This document shows positions 1-14,654 of a DNA stretch of 64,000 bases, piece by piece (the first letter of the stretch is position 1; every line of letters starts with the position of its first letter). Where the stretch lies: NCBI RefSeq assembly GCF_009914755.1, contig NC_060928.1; one strand, given 5' to 3'. Made by a program: the position numbers and the translations under genes. Below the pieces are notes generated by a model. That model was not told the DNA's origin. It was given only the letters and a program-made list of their open reading frames with translations, and searched no databases. This DNA is from the human T2T-CHM13v2.0 reference genome, Homo sapiens.

Positions 1-374
1 TTGAAGAACTCAAAAGAGAAGAAGCGACAGTACCTTGGAGGCACTCCTGTGGCCAAATTCAATTTCAATTCCACGTTTGTTTGTATGACTAAGTGCCCAG
101 TTCTGAGACTCAGCAGCAATAGCAGAGGTTTACTGTTTGTTTCAGATGGTTTTTTATCAGGCAAGGATTATTTCTCATGCTACTACAGCATCTTATTACT
201 GATAAGTAATAAGATGTAAACCCCATTCTCTTTCCTGGGGTTTTTAAAGCTAATAAATGTGGCTTATATGCTCATCGAAGTCATTCCATATTTGAAATAT
301 TTATGCCAGGAAATAGAAAAATGTTACTTTTCAGATATCAGGGAAGAAAATCATCCATTTTAAAAATTAGCATT

Positions 375-670
375 AGCATTGCGAGCTTCACGCCTGTAAT
401 CCCAGGACTTTGGGAGGCCAAGGCGGGAGGATCACCTGAGGTCAGGAGTTCGAGGCCAACCTGGCCAACATAGTGAAACCCCATCTCTATTAAAAATACA
501 AAAATTAACTGGGTGTGGTGGCATGCGCCTATAGTCCCAGCTACTCTGGGGCTGAGGCAGGAGAATCTCTTGAACCTGGGAGGCGAAGGTTGCAGTGAGC
601 TGAGGTTGTTCCACTGTGCTCCAGCCTGGGTACCTGGGTGGCAGAGGGAGCCTCCGTCTCAAAGATAAAT
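375..670 (+). mobile_element. Alu (AluS-type)
   Basis: Dimeric Alu body; TSD aaaaattagcatt at 362-374 and 671-683. Confidence 0.95.
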
Positions 671-1603
671 AAAAATTAGCATTTATCATCATACATGCTG
701 GAAAGGAAGTGCTGGTAATGAAAGGTAAGCATTTTCTTTGCTCTCTTCCTTACAGTCCATTTGAAGCAAGATCTGTGTCATCTCGAAGTCTCTAAATGTG
801 GTCACATTTTATTTCTATTGTTAATTCATGGCAGGTAAGGCAAGGCACAAATCTGACATCAATTAGAAGTGGTGTTTGCCAATCTGTGCCAGGCATTGAG
901 CTAAGTGTTTTATGTAGGTAATCACATTTAAATCTCACCAAATCATGTTGAGCATCTTGAAGAACTAACCTGTCCAAGATCATATAAAAAGCAAGTTTCA
1001 GAATCAATGTTTAAACCGAGTCTATCAGATTCAAAATCATAATCACTCCTACAGCAGTCTATACAAAATCTAGAAATTCCAGAGATGACTGTAATTAGAA
1101 AAGAATTAAACTAAAGATACACAAAGTTCCCAGTCATAGTCTCTGAGGCTTTAGTGCCTGGAAAGAAGATCCAATATAATAATAGCATTATCAAAAATTA
1201 TTTTGCTATTTTATTCAACAGTATACTACTTTTAGGCATATAACTCAAAAGTCGATTTCAGAATAATTAAGAGTTGAACCACTAAAGAAAATATACATTG
1301 AGAAAATTTGTGTAAAAATAATATTTTAATCTAAAGAGAAATAATCTACTTACAAGAAATTCAAGTGGGATGTCGCAGGACTATTTCTTTGCCATCATTA
1401 GAATGCAGGGTTAGACTAATAATTCTCTGGTACTAACCAAATCTAAATAGTATAATAAAACTGAAATAACTAAATCTAAATAGTATAATAAAACTGTACA
1501 GCTTCTCTTTGAGGTAGAAAGTTCCCAGCAAAGGTTTTAGAGAAGCAACATCAACATCAGAGTTTAAGAGAAGGGCATTTTATACATTATAAGAGCTAGT
1601 TTA

Positions 1604-1944
<341 letters not shown>

Positions 1945-2734
1945 CTACTTTTGATAGTTACTAGAAGGGGGTGTCCAATAAAAAAGGCAGCAGATAAGCA
2001 GAGGTATGATTAGAGCTGGGAAAATATTAATCGTATCATTCATTCAGTCTTATCTCTCCTTCCTCTCAGAAATTATTTTCTGTCATTTTGCTCACATAAT
2101 AATCAGATAAATTATTACGTTAAAAAGAATATCTTCTATCTCTATAAACCTGAGAAACTCACATTATCCATAAAATCCATCGAATAAATTCTATCATAAA
2201 GAGCATTATTAATAAACTTGTTTCCCCCCGATTTCTTAGTCCTCTTTCCAGGAATTCTTCATTATGAATTCCTTGCCTCTACTTACAATCTAGGTGCAAT
2301 CTAGGTACTTTCTAAAATACTATCTTTATACACACACATAGACACATATACACATAGACTATAAAACTCGCTCTTCATAGCAAAACTTGTCCATTTCAAT
2401 ATTTTTTTTAGTTTACAGTCTGAACAAGCTCTCAGACTTGAGCCATTGCACTTTGTGCATATTGACTTCTAAATTGCCTACTGTTTCAGACAAGGACTTT
2501 TACACAAAGGAAATAGAGATTTCAATTTAGTTTCTAATTTCCAACTCTCTCTCTGTTATAAATTTAATTAAATCTTCTTCTATACCTATGAGCTTCCAAC
2601 TAAAGCTGCAACTTGTACTGGAAAATACTCATAAAAAAAATAAAGCACGCCACACCAATAATTAAGTAACCAGGATTTCATAGATCACAGAGGAAGAAAT
2701 GAGTACAGTAATATAGGAACAATAATAATAAGAG

Positions 2735-2960
2735 TTAGTACTTACTGACTTTACTGGGTGCCCAGGCACTTTTACATGAAATAATTAATTCACAAAACAA
2801 TCCTATAAGGAAGGTCACTACTATTATCTCCATTCAAAAGAAAAAGAAATTGAGGCACAGTAGCTTTTGAAAGTTATTCAACCAGTAATTAGTGGAGGCA
2901 ATATTTAAACCCAGTTTAGCTCTAAAGCCAGCTTGCTTAACCACCATACTACACTGCCTC
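2735..2960 (-). mobile_element. MIR
   Basis: Reverse-complement MIR core (gaaattgaggcacag) and tRNA-like end. Confidence 0.7.
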
Positions 2961-3344
2961 TGAAATTTCATTTATTGAATTAACATCATCAACAAATATG
3001 TTACTAAATACAGCCCTATTTATGAGTGTTAATTATAAAAATGCATGAGCTTAGACCTAAGAATTAATAGATTTCAAAAAGATATGACTGTATCTGAATT
3101 TTAAAATAAAAATGACATTAGAACATTCCTATTTTTGTTGCAGTTTCAATGTAAAGCAGCTCTTAAGTAAAAACAATTTGGAATAGAATATTGCCCCTTA
3201 ATTCATGTCACCATAATTATTTCCTTAAACAATGCTAAAATGACTTATAATAGTAATACATATGTGTTAGTATCAAATAGGATAAATTATACACAAAGAA
3301 AATAATATTTAAACTTTTATAAAGCAAAAACTCTAAGCATAATT

Positions 3345-3960
3345 TAATCATTTGTCAACTAATTTATACTGAGCACTTACTGTGTTCATGCAGCATGTCA
3401 GAGGACCAGCAAGAAGAAAACAGCCTTACCCTTGAGAATTTCTCAGTCAAAGGGAAGTAGACATTTCAAAATTACAATAAATGTTAAGGGCTATAATAAA
3501 GATATGTTGTAGAGCTACTGGGACCAAGAAAATACAGCAATATTTTTGTTGGGTGTGGGAAACTCCAGGAAGACCTTCACAGAGGCAATGACATTGCAAA
3601 ATGTATGTGCCTTACCCAGTCAGAGGCTGGAGTTAACAAGTAGAGAACATTCCAGTCAAAAGGAAACACATGAAAGAACATGGCTTGTTTGGGGAACAAG
3701 CAGGGTCTCGGGTTCACAGGGGCAGAAGATGAGGCTGGCAAGACTATGTGACTTGACTACTGTGCTTTAAAATGTCGGCTTTATGGAAGTACCTACTGGA
3801 TGCATGTAAGCAAGGAAGAGATATGGTCTAATCTATTCTAGAAAATTTACTCTGATTTCAGTGTGTCTGATAAGTCACACTGTGGGGAGGACCAATAGGG
3901 AAGGAATTGCAATGGCTTCCCTGAGAGATGGTAAGGGTCTGAGCCAGGGCAGCAGTGGTG
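3345..3960 (-). mobile_element. L2 fragment
   Basis: Reverse L2 3' end (tttatactgagcacttactgtg) followed by degenerate L2 body. Confidence 0.55.
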
Positions 3961-4449
3961 TAGAGGAGATTTAATGGTGAGATGGCTTGCCATAGCTTCT
4001 CTCAACTCCCCCTAAATGCTGAAAAAAGAATGTGTCTTACAGACTGCTGAGTAATAGTCCAAATTCCTTTTAAAGTAATATACCCCTGGAGTCATCTGTA
4101 GTCAGGTTACACTAGCTTTGTAAGATGAAATAGCTGAAAATCTACAAGTCCATATCTCTTTTCACTGTTGGGAAACAAATTAAGCTATAACAAATAACAA
4201 CTAAAAGTCTAGCATTCAGTAGGGAGATAAAATTGCTAATGAAAAATGGAACACACAGTTTATGCTAACAATTGTATAAACATCCAGTGGTGCAGAAAAT
4301 ACACACAATTACTTGATTTTAAATCTACACTGTAAGTATTTAACAACCTTGTTCCTTGTTATATTACTTTCAGTGTTCTTAAATCAACTTTAAGAGCCTC
4401 TTTATATCTGTGCAGCAGGAATGCATGTAATATACAAGGACTGTAAGTC

Positions 4450-4796
<347 letters not shown>

Positions 4797-5137
4797 TGAA
4801 TATTCCAAGTGAAGTTTACCAAACAGGGATACCTTTAATTTTTTTTTAGCACAGATTATCTCACCCCCCAAAAAATTATCTCACTTTTATCTCATTTTTT
4901 AAAAAATATGAATTTTTTCTTCAGTCCGAGCCACCATGCCACAGTAAAATGTCTGTCTTGTACTAGCCAACACTTCCCCCAGAATTACTATCTTTTTTTT
5001 TTGCAAATGTTTAAACATTTATAAGTTTCATTCTTGTATTGAATACAGGTCTTTGAAGGGCAACATTATTTCAATATCCTACATAATGCTTATTTAATTA
5101 AGTAGTGTGCTACTACACATTTTAAATATTATTTCTG

Positions 5138-5450
<313 letters not shown>

Positions 5451-5478
5451 AAAACAAAAACTATTTCTTATAAAATCT

Positions 5479-6717
5479 TCCTATGGTTTGAATGCATTCT
5501 CCAAACTTCAGGTGTTGCCACTGTGATAGTATTAAAAGGTGGGTCCTTGAAGAAGTGAGTAGGTCATGAGGACTCTTTCCTCATGAAGGAGATTAAAGCC
5601 CTTATAAAACAGGCTTCCTTTAACAAATTTACAAGAAAGAAACAAACAACCCCATCAAAAAGTGGCAAAGGATATGAACAGACACTTCTCAAAAGGAGAC
5701 ATTTATGCAGCCAACAAACATGAAAAAAAGCTCTACATCACTGATCATTAGAGAAATGCAAATCAAAACTATAATGAAAATACCATCTCATGCCAGTCAG
5801 AATGCAGATTATTAAAAAGTCACGAAACAATAGATGCTGACAAGGCTGTGGAGAAACAGGAACGCTTTTACACTGTTCGTGGGAATGTAAATTAGTTCAA
5901 CTATTGTGGAAGACACTGTGGCGATTCCTCAAGGATCTAGAACAAGAAATACCACGTGACCCAGCAATCTGATTACTGGGTATATACCCAAAGGAATATA
6001 AATCATTCTACTATAAAGACACATGCACATATATGTTTACTGCAGCACTATTTACAATAGTAAAGACTTGAAACAAACCCAAATGCCCATCAATGATAGA
6101 CTGGACAAAGAAAATGTGGCACATATACACCGTAGAATACTATGCAGCCATAACAAAGGATGAGTTCATGTTCTTTGCAGGGACATGGTTGAAGCTAGAA
6201 ACCATCATCCTCAGCAAACTAACACAGGAACAGAAAACCAAACACCGCATATTCTCACTCATAAGTGGGAGCTGAACAATGAGAATACATGGACACAGGG
6301 AGGGAAACATCACACACCGGGGCCTGTCAGGGGAGGGGAGCAAAGGGAGGGAGAGCATCAGGACAAATACTTAACGCACGAGGGGGCATCAAACCTAGAT
6401 GATGGGTTAATAGCTGCAGCAAACCACCATGGCACATGTGTACCTATATAACAAACCTACATGTTCTGCACATGTATCCCGGGACTTAAAGTAAAATAAA
6501 AATAAAATAAAAAAGAGGCTTCCTATAGTATTCACCTAGCTTGCCCTTCTACCTTCTATGTGAGGACTCAGCAAGAAGGCCCTCACCAGACCTCAAATGC
6601 TGGTACCTTGTTCTTGGACCTCTCCACCTCCAGAACTGTGAAAAAATAAACTTCTGTGCTTTATAAATTATCTGGTCTGTGGTATTCTGTTATAGAAGCA
6701 CAAAATAGACTAAGACA
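5479..6717 (+). mobile_element. MaLR LTR (MLT1A/MST-like) split by an L1 insertion
   Basis: 5' ctatggtttgaatg and 3' aaaataaac...gactaagaca; the two halves flank the L1 at 5620-6514. Confidence 0.8.
5620..6514 (+). mobile_element. 5'-truncated L1PA (ORF2 C-terminus plus 3'UTR)
   Basis: Typical L1PA 3' sequence and A-rich tail; TSD aaaa(c/g)aggcttcct at 5606-5619 and 6511-6524. Confidence 0.95.
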
Positions 6718-7888
6718 AACATCAATATTTATTTAAAGTGTACGAAATGTTGTAAACTCTATTGGTATGGTAACCTTCTCCACAAATGTGTTAAATATAT
6801 TTAAGCACATCTCAGTCAGCTGATTAATTGGTTTTTAATTCACTGATCTCTTGGTTCTACCCTTTTTTATATTTTTATTATTATAGAGATTAAAACTACA
6901 TTTAATCTAGAGACACTAAATTGTGCAGTTATATTACAATTTTATTTAAGGATGCAGCCATCATTGTATTGTAAGAAGTAAGATATGTGCAGCCTTTACT
7001 GTCTGCAGCTTTTTATTATGGGCAAGGGCAAGGTCTTGAGCTTGGTCCAAGCCAGCAGCAACGAGAGATCCCAGTTTGGGGCTTATGACAGTGTGACTTT
7101 TCTCTGCCTGTTCTTATCACCTTGTTCTCCACTGTGCCATCTGCCATATGCTTATGCAGAGATCCGGAGTCACAATTTGCCTTTCTTCCTTAGGCTTGCT
7201 GAATAACCTTATCCTCTAGTCTCCACCGATAACCTCATTTCTACCTTCCAAAAATGAAATCAATTAGTCAATATAGCACTTTTTGGGAAAACCCATCATA
7301 TCTTAAGAATGTCTCTTATTATATTATTTTCAAATGCTAATTTGAAATTATACCTAATGTTATAAATATCACAAGCAATGAAGCCACTAATAGTTCAATC
7401 TTACTGGGATAAAGATGGGCAGAGGCATATATTCTCCAGACTTTTAATTTAGTAGAATTTTATGTCCCTAATTCAGGAAAGTTCAGTTTGGTGGGCCGGC
7501 AAAGAGAATACACAGGAATGTGCGGCTGTATATGAGTGTGTGTACACATGTGTCCGTATCCCTGAAAATGAGAATCTGCATGTGTGAGAAGTCACATAGA
7601 GGTGTATTGTGCTGTGTCCGTTCAGAATAATCAATGTCTTTCCATTGGAACTAATTTATACAGTGCTTGTTTTCAGTTTTTTTGTGTGTGTTTAAGTACA
7701 AATTCATAAATAGTTCAGAAGCCTGCTAGTTTTATGAACTTCTCAACCTAACAGGATTTACCAAGTGAATCAAAGCAGATGCAAGCAGCAGGCTTTCAAC
7801 ACAAATTTTATCTTTGTCATTAGGTTTCCCTCTCTGCTCTCTCACTCCTAAGGGAAGCCCTGGTACAGACTAAGATAAACTATATGGA

Positions 7889-8261
7889 TGATATGGTTTG
7901 TCTGTGTCTTCACCCAAATCTCATCTCAAACTGTATTTCCCATAATCCCCACACGTCATGGGAGGGACCCAGTGGGAGGTAATTGAATCATGGGGGCGGT
8001 TACCCCCATGCTGCTGTTCTCATGATGGTGAGTGAGTTCTCAGGAGATCTGATGGTTTTATAAGGGGCTTTTCCCTCTTTGCTCAGCACTTCCCCTTCCT
8101 ATCATCATGTGAAGGATGTGTTTGCTTCCCCTTCTGCCACGATTGAAATTTACTGAGGCCTCCTCAGCCATGTGGAACTGTGAGTCAATTAAACCTCTTT
8201 CCTTTATAAATTATCCAGCCTTGGGCAGTTCTTTATAGGACCGTGAGAACCGATTAATACA
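7889..8261 (+). mobile_element. THE1-type MaLR solo LTR
   Basis: Termini tgatatggtttg...cccaaatctcatc and ...attaaacctctttcctttataaatta...taataca. Confidence 0.9.
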
Positions 8262-10435
8262 AGAGACCACTGCTGTTTTCATTACTATAGGTTAATTTGA
8301 CATAGTCATAATGGGGAATTCATGTTTTAAATTTATTTTTAAATTCTTAAGTTAATTAAAATATGTTCAACATACTTGTTGGCGTTCTTTCTGGATACAA
8401 AAAGATTGTGTGTAAATACTTTATCCTTTTCATCCTCATCTTAGAATTATAGCACAATAGCTAGCATGTAATAGATAATAAATATTTGTTGAATGAATAA
8501 TGATTTGAAAAAAAATACCAGTGGGAAAACATAAATGTTGACAAGTAGTTCAAGACTGTTGGGATAAACTTAGCTAGAGTGCAGGTCATAACTACCCATC
8601 TTTATAAGGAAGCTGAAAAGGGAAGTATGAGGACAGGGAGAACAATGACTTTCTCTCTCAAGCTTGACTTAAACCACCAGGAAAGTTCTTAAAGCCAAAG
8701 CCTTTCTCAGACTCTCACCAAACCATAAGAGTCAGAAAAATGGTCGTTTTCAAAGGAGTAGAAAATTCTGTACAAAGTAAACAACAGCTGAAGCAGGAAA
8801 GGAACATACATTTTCTCACTTAGTGGCACGCAGGCAAAACAGAACATAGGACCAGCTTGGTTATTTTCTTTGAATACAGGAAATTTCTCAAACATGATAT
8901 ATAGCCATGTTCAAGTATGAGCATAATTACAGAGTTCCCTCTGTACCCTTTAATCAGCCTATAAACTCAACAGCAGAGTCTTGTCAGAATAGGCCCAAAC
9001 TGGAAAAACCACATGTTTCTCTCTCTCAGAAAAGATACTAAGCTTAGGATGTGAGCAGCGCACCATGAGAGCACAAGGTGTTCCTTCTCTCTCAAAGTCA
9101 GTCCCAGAACTGAAAAGAAAAACGTTCTCAGTTGGCATCACTGCCCTGTTTTTCATCCAACAAAGAATATTCGCTATGAATTTTCTCAAGCAAAAAGTCA
9201 CTGAATTCTTTTAACAGGGGCAGACTCAAGCACTTTTTATTAAGAGTAACAAATCAATCATGAAATGAACCTCATGAAATATGCTTTATAGGTAATGTGA
9301 ACAAATGTACAATGTGACAAATGATTCAAGAAGTATAATTATCTACAAGGCCTGTTTAGAAGGAAAAAAAAAGCTGTACCAAATTGATGCTTTAGCTGCT
9401 TTTGCTTATACTTTGCTGTGTTTATAACTACATTTCATTTAATCATTAACTGTATCTTTCTGTCATTAATTCCCTTTACATTTTTAATGACTAAATGGGA
9501 TTCTGGAGTGATTAGCAGATAATCTCACACTTTTTTGTAAAAATGTGCATTTAGCCATAATAGCAAAGCTCCATTTATGGTACACAATTTCTTTCAAATA
9601 ATATGCAAATATACTGCAAATATTTCAACACACACAAACTAGAAGTACAAAAAAATTAAGATATTAAAACAATAAATTATATTTAAATGCATATTACATT
9701 TAAATAAGTTTAATAAAACTTTAAATAAACTTGTTTGAAATAACACTTTACCTTAAATGAAACTTTACATTTAAATGCATCATTTTATAAATCATTCTCC
9801 TTCATTGGGAAGTTATTTTTTTAATTATTCTAAAAAGTTTTAAAATCTCATCAAACACATGCTGTGGATTTAGGATTGGGAAGAAAAAAATGTGTAGAAT
9901 CAACATGCTTTAACATTCAATGTAAAAGTGTTCTCAGTAATCTCAGCTCTCAGTAATAGAAAAAGGAAAGAATATCACCCATGAAATTACACCTAATTTT
10001 AGAGGATACGTTTCAGTCCACCTTCGTATGGAGGCACCACTTGTGGTTTGACACAGCACAGTTCCACTGTGACGTTTGTCACATTTTTCTGAGCCCTGCC
10101 TTCCCACAGAGAAATAGGCCATTTCATGCCGTAACCTTCCATAAAATCTTTCAGAAGAGCTTTTTAATAATTTGGAGGTTATAACAGAGATGGTGATCTA
10201 ACCAACCTAGACAAAAGCCTACGGTCAAAATTAAACCTGATTGAAATTACAAGGAAAAGCCCTGGGTGAAAGCACTCCATTTATGGCTGGTTAAAATTCA
10301 TAATGTATTTGTTCCCAAGGTTCTCAAGAGAGAAGTCACAAATCTGTTTGTTTCTGGCCATAGGTTTTGCATCCAAATTTAAGGCTGCTGACTAATAGGT
10401 AATGGTAGTCAACTAATCATTGTATGGCTGCGGAG

Positions 10436-10589
10436 TTTTGTTTGTTTGTTTTTGTTTATTTTTAGAGACAGGATCTTCAGGATCTTGCTATTTTACACAG
10501 GCTGCCCTCAAACTCCTGGGCACAAGGGATCCTTTTACTTCTGCCTTCCAAGTAGCTGAGACTACAGGCGCATGCCACTGCACCCAGCT
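10436..10589 (-). mobile_element. Alu monomer (FLAM-like)
   Basis: Single reverse Alu arm with T-rich tail. Confidence 0.8.
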
Positions 10590-10707
10590 GTAGAGATTTT
10601 TTTAAAAACCAACAAATTCAATAACATATAATCAAGTATTACTTTATAAATATGTTAGGCCATACCCGCTTCCTTCTAGAAAACGATTTCTAGAATAAGA
10701 GAAATGG

Positions 10708-12584
10708 GCCAGTCAATACTCTCAGATAATATAACAGGAGAGTTCTGATAGGCATCAAACCAATTTCATTCCTCTCATAAAGAACCCCTCTCTGCTCTGC
10801 CCCGAAATCAAATCCTTTCCATGCCTTTTTTCCCAGTCATGAGGAGTTGAGAATTCTCCTAGTCCTAGCTCCTCACCTTCCAGCCAAAGTTCTGGACAGC
10901 ATCATCTACACTACACTACTCATCTCCCAGGAGGCCCTCAGCCTACTGCTGTCTGCCTTCTCAGGCTGTCATGACAGCAAGCATGTTCTTATAAATGGCA
11001 AATGTCACTAAACCTAAGGGGCAACTTTCAGCCTTAATCTTCCTTGACCTCTAAGCAGCAACAAGGCTGATAACTCCCTCTCTTCCCAGAGTTTCTGGAC
11101 AGTGCACTCCCATGCTTTCCAGTAGAATATACAGAAAAAGCCCACAATCTCTGAAGCTAGGATGCCTGGTTTTAAATCAGCTCTACCATATACTGGTTGG
11201 TGACAGTCTCTAAGTTACTTAACCTTTCTGGGGCTCACATATTTTTCATCTGTAAAATCAGGGATCACAGTAGCACCAACCTCTCAAGAAGATTAAATTG
11301 ATCTAATATATGTAAAAACACATAACACAGTGCCTGGCACATAGTAAGTGTCATATATGTTTTAACTTTTACCACTATTATTATTATTATTATCATTATG
11401 CTCCTTCTCTGGTCACTTCTTCTTTGTTGGTATTTGTCAAGGTTTGTTCCTAGAATCTCTCTTTGCCCCATTATCCTCCTATTTAGTGATGAGGACTCAC
11501 CATAACCTCCAGCCCATGCCTATTTCTTGAACAATAAACATATGTATGCAACTGCCTGCTGGATATTTCAAATTCAACATGTCCACAGATGAATTCAACT
11601 TCTTCCTTCCAAGCCTGTTCCTCCTCAGTGTTCTCTTTCTCTAAAATTGCAACCACCTCCCACACAGGCATCCAAGCCAGAAAGCAAGAATCATGCCTGA
11701 CTGTCATTCCCCTCATCTTCCAAATGCAAACGAGTCCTGCAGATTCTACCTACCTCCTTACTGTTTTTGAGAACATCCCCTCCTCTTCTAACTGTGTCAG
11801 TCTAGTCTAGGTCACCACTATGTCTCTCCTGGACCACCTTGTACCTTCACTGTCAGTCTTATCCTTCCCTAAACATTTTCCACATAGCAAAGAGAGCACT
11901 CTTCAAATGCTCAAATCTGCTTGTGTCTGTGACTCCACTTAAAAGTCTTCCATGTCATAACTAATATGGCCCACAGAGCTCTTCATAATGTAATTTGACC
12001 CTGCATACTTCTTAAGCCTCATTTATTATCCCTCTCCCTCTTACACAACTTTCATCTCTTCAAATCTCTGTCCCCACTGGACCTTCACATATGCTGTTTC
12101 CTCAGCCTGGAACTTTTTTCCACCTCACAAACCTCCCCACTTCATCTGACTATTCCTATCCAAACACGTTTCCTCAAGGAGACTTCCTCTGACACCCACA
12201 GTATATTCAGTACCCTATGCTCATTAAAAAAACAACAAAAAAAAAAACTAACTGCAGTCTCCTGAAAATATTGTTTTCTTATAATTTATTCAAATATTGA
12301 AGGTTAGCATGCAAATAAATAATTGGAAACTGTGATACCTACTATGAAAGAAAATGTCTGTTTCCCTCACCAGACTATAATCTCTTGAGGACAAGACCTT
12401 TTCTGAACTCAATGCCTAGAATAATAGTCTTTCACATGTATGTTATATATATATTTGTATGTAAATCTGTAGAAGAAGAGGAATATGATTAATGCCAACA
12501 GGAAAATACATAATGGAAAAGAAGGAGAAAGCATCATTGCCTATCAGAACTTACCTGTTATATTATCTGGGAGAATTGACTGTC
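10708..12584. repeat. 47-bp inverted repeat (arms 10708-10754 and 12538-12584)
   Basis: gccagtcaatactctcagataatataacaggagagttctgataggca versus the reverse complement of the second arm, gacagtcaattctcccagataatataacaggtaagttctgataggca: 42/47 identical, ungapped. Confidence 0.9.
10900..12430 (+). mobile_element. Degenerate L2 containing a MIR at about 11125-11380
   Basis: L2 motifs (tcaaattcaacatgtcc, ccagactataatctcttgagg) and MIR motifs (tcatctgtaaaat, agtgcctggcacatagtaag). Confidence 0.7.
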
Positions 12585-12635
12585 AATACCCATCTCCACA
12601 CACCAACCCTGCGCCTCTAATTTCATCTCCATAGC
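12555..12635 (-). other. Predicted 81-nt cassette exon in the intron downstream of the 115-nt exon
   Basis: Acceptor ttacctttcatttcgttcag|GCT and perfect consensus donor CAG|gtaagt. Confidence 0.45.
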
Positions 12636-13084
12636 CTGAACGAAATGAAAGGTAATCTATCAAATAGCTGAGATAATCCCTGATACATGTTTTGAATTGG
12701 TCAAGAAATATTAACAATTTGTTGTACATGTTACATTGCAGTAGACATCAAACTCTATTCAAACTAAAAGACTGCAAAGGTTGTAGAAGCTAAAGGCAAA
12801 TGCCATTATATGAAACAAGTATAAGACATTGGTATACAAACAATATGTGAAAAATAATTTTTTAAATTTAAAATCTGTCTGTAATGATTCTGCCTTAGAG
12901 TCCCAGGTAATAAAAGATAACCAGATAAGTTTGCTAAATAGAAATGGCGGACTAAAAATACGGTTTTTTAAATATTTTTGCTTTTCATCTTCTTGCTCTT
13001 CCTCTCTCACCCCCTTCTTCTTCTTCTCTTACTCCTTTCTTTCTCCCTCTTTCTCCCCATGCCCTGCCATAAATAATATAGTAC

Positions 13085-13470
13085 TGTATTAGTTTTTTTT
13101 TTCACACTGCTATAAAGACATACCTGAGGCTGGGTAATTGATAAAGAAAAGAGGTTTAATGGACTTACAGTTCCACATGGCTGGGAGGCCTCAGGAAACT
13201 TACAATCATGGCAGAAGGTGAAGGGGAAACAAGGACTTTCACATGGCGGCAAGAGAGAGAAGTGTAAGCAGGGGAAATGCCAGATGCTTATAAAACAATC
13301 AGATTTTGTGAGAATTCACTCACTATCATGAGAACAGCATGGGGGAAACCGCCTCCATGAGCCAATCACCTCCCTCCCTTGACATGTGGGGATTACAGGT
13401 CCTTCCCTCCAGACGTGGAGATTACAATTGAGATGATACTTGGGTAGGGACACAGAGCCCAACTGTATCA
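13085..13470 (-). mobile_element. MSTA-type MaLR solo LTR
   Basis: tgtattagt...gaggcctcaggaaacttacaatcatggcagaagg...gtatca; TSD agtac/actac. Confidence 0.9.
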
Positions 13471-14177
13471 ACTACATTATTCATATAATGTCAGAGATGT
13501 CCCCCTGACTGGAGATTTGTCAAGGAAATCAAACTAGAATCAAAAGATTTTTTAATATAAAAAGAAAATTATAATTTGTATTAAAATCAAATAGTAAATG
13601 GATAAACAAGGAAATGTCTTGGGAAAACAACTAGAACATGAAATTACTCTATAAATTAATGTCAGATAATTGCTAAGGGCAGAATCAATTTTATGGAGGA
13701 GGGATAACACAAAAATGTTTTAAATTGTTTTAAGTTGGTGATGTGGGTATTTTGGGTAAGATAAACCATTATAACTAACTCCAGAACTTGGTCTTAGCTA
13801 TTTGAGACCTGATCTTAAGCAGAATTACATGTTTTAACTTAAGCCTGACAACCCCACTTTTTCTTGTAAGTGATCCTTGAGAACTTATTTGGAGCTTCTA
13901 TCAAGTAATTGGGGCTACCCACAGACTACCGAACAGAGGACAGTCTTATCCAGGAATTCCTTCCACTTTTATCAAGTAACAGTGTTGGAAGGGACAAACA
14001 TGGAATCATCAAGAGAGGGAGAATACAAGCCTAGGACATCATATCAAACAAGGTCTTTGCTCAATGACATGCCAGGGAGGTCTTCCCTCATCCCTCTATC
14101 TGAAACTGAAACCCTCCACCACACTCTCTATTCCATATTTCTGCTCAACATTCTCCTCGACCATACCTACCATTTAA

Positions 14178-14654
<477 letters not shown>

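Noticed and set aside
34-102. Possible 69-nt minus-strand exon (tctcag|AAC...AAG|gtactg)
   Set aside because: Poor polypyrimidine tract, moderate donor, and the translation matches nothing I recognise in JNK3.
1439-1496. 33-bp-period AT-rich duplication (similarly 60556-60595 and 62371-62473)
   Set aside because: Ordinary slippage-type tandem repeats; no unique spacers, so not CRISPR-like.
7012-7244. Possible minus-strand exon or terminal exon with AATAAA near 7012-7017
   Set aside because: AAG acceptor and gtgata donor are weak, stops occur in all three frames, and there is no independent support.
9990-10180. CpG-containing unique stretch with open minus-strand frames
   Set aside because: No convincing splice-site pair or recognisable protein; it may be a conserved non-coding element, but that cannot be shown from sequence.
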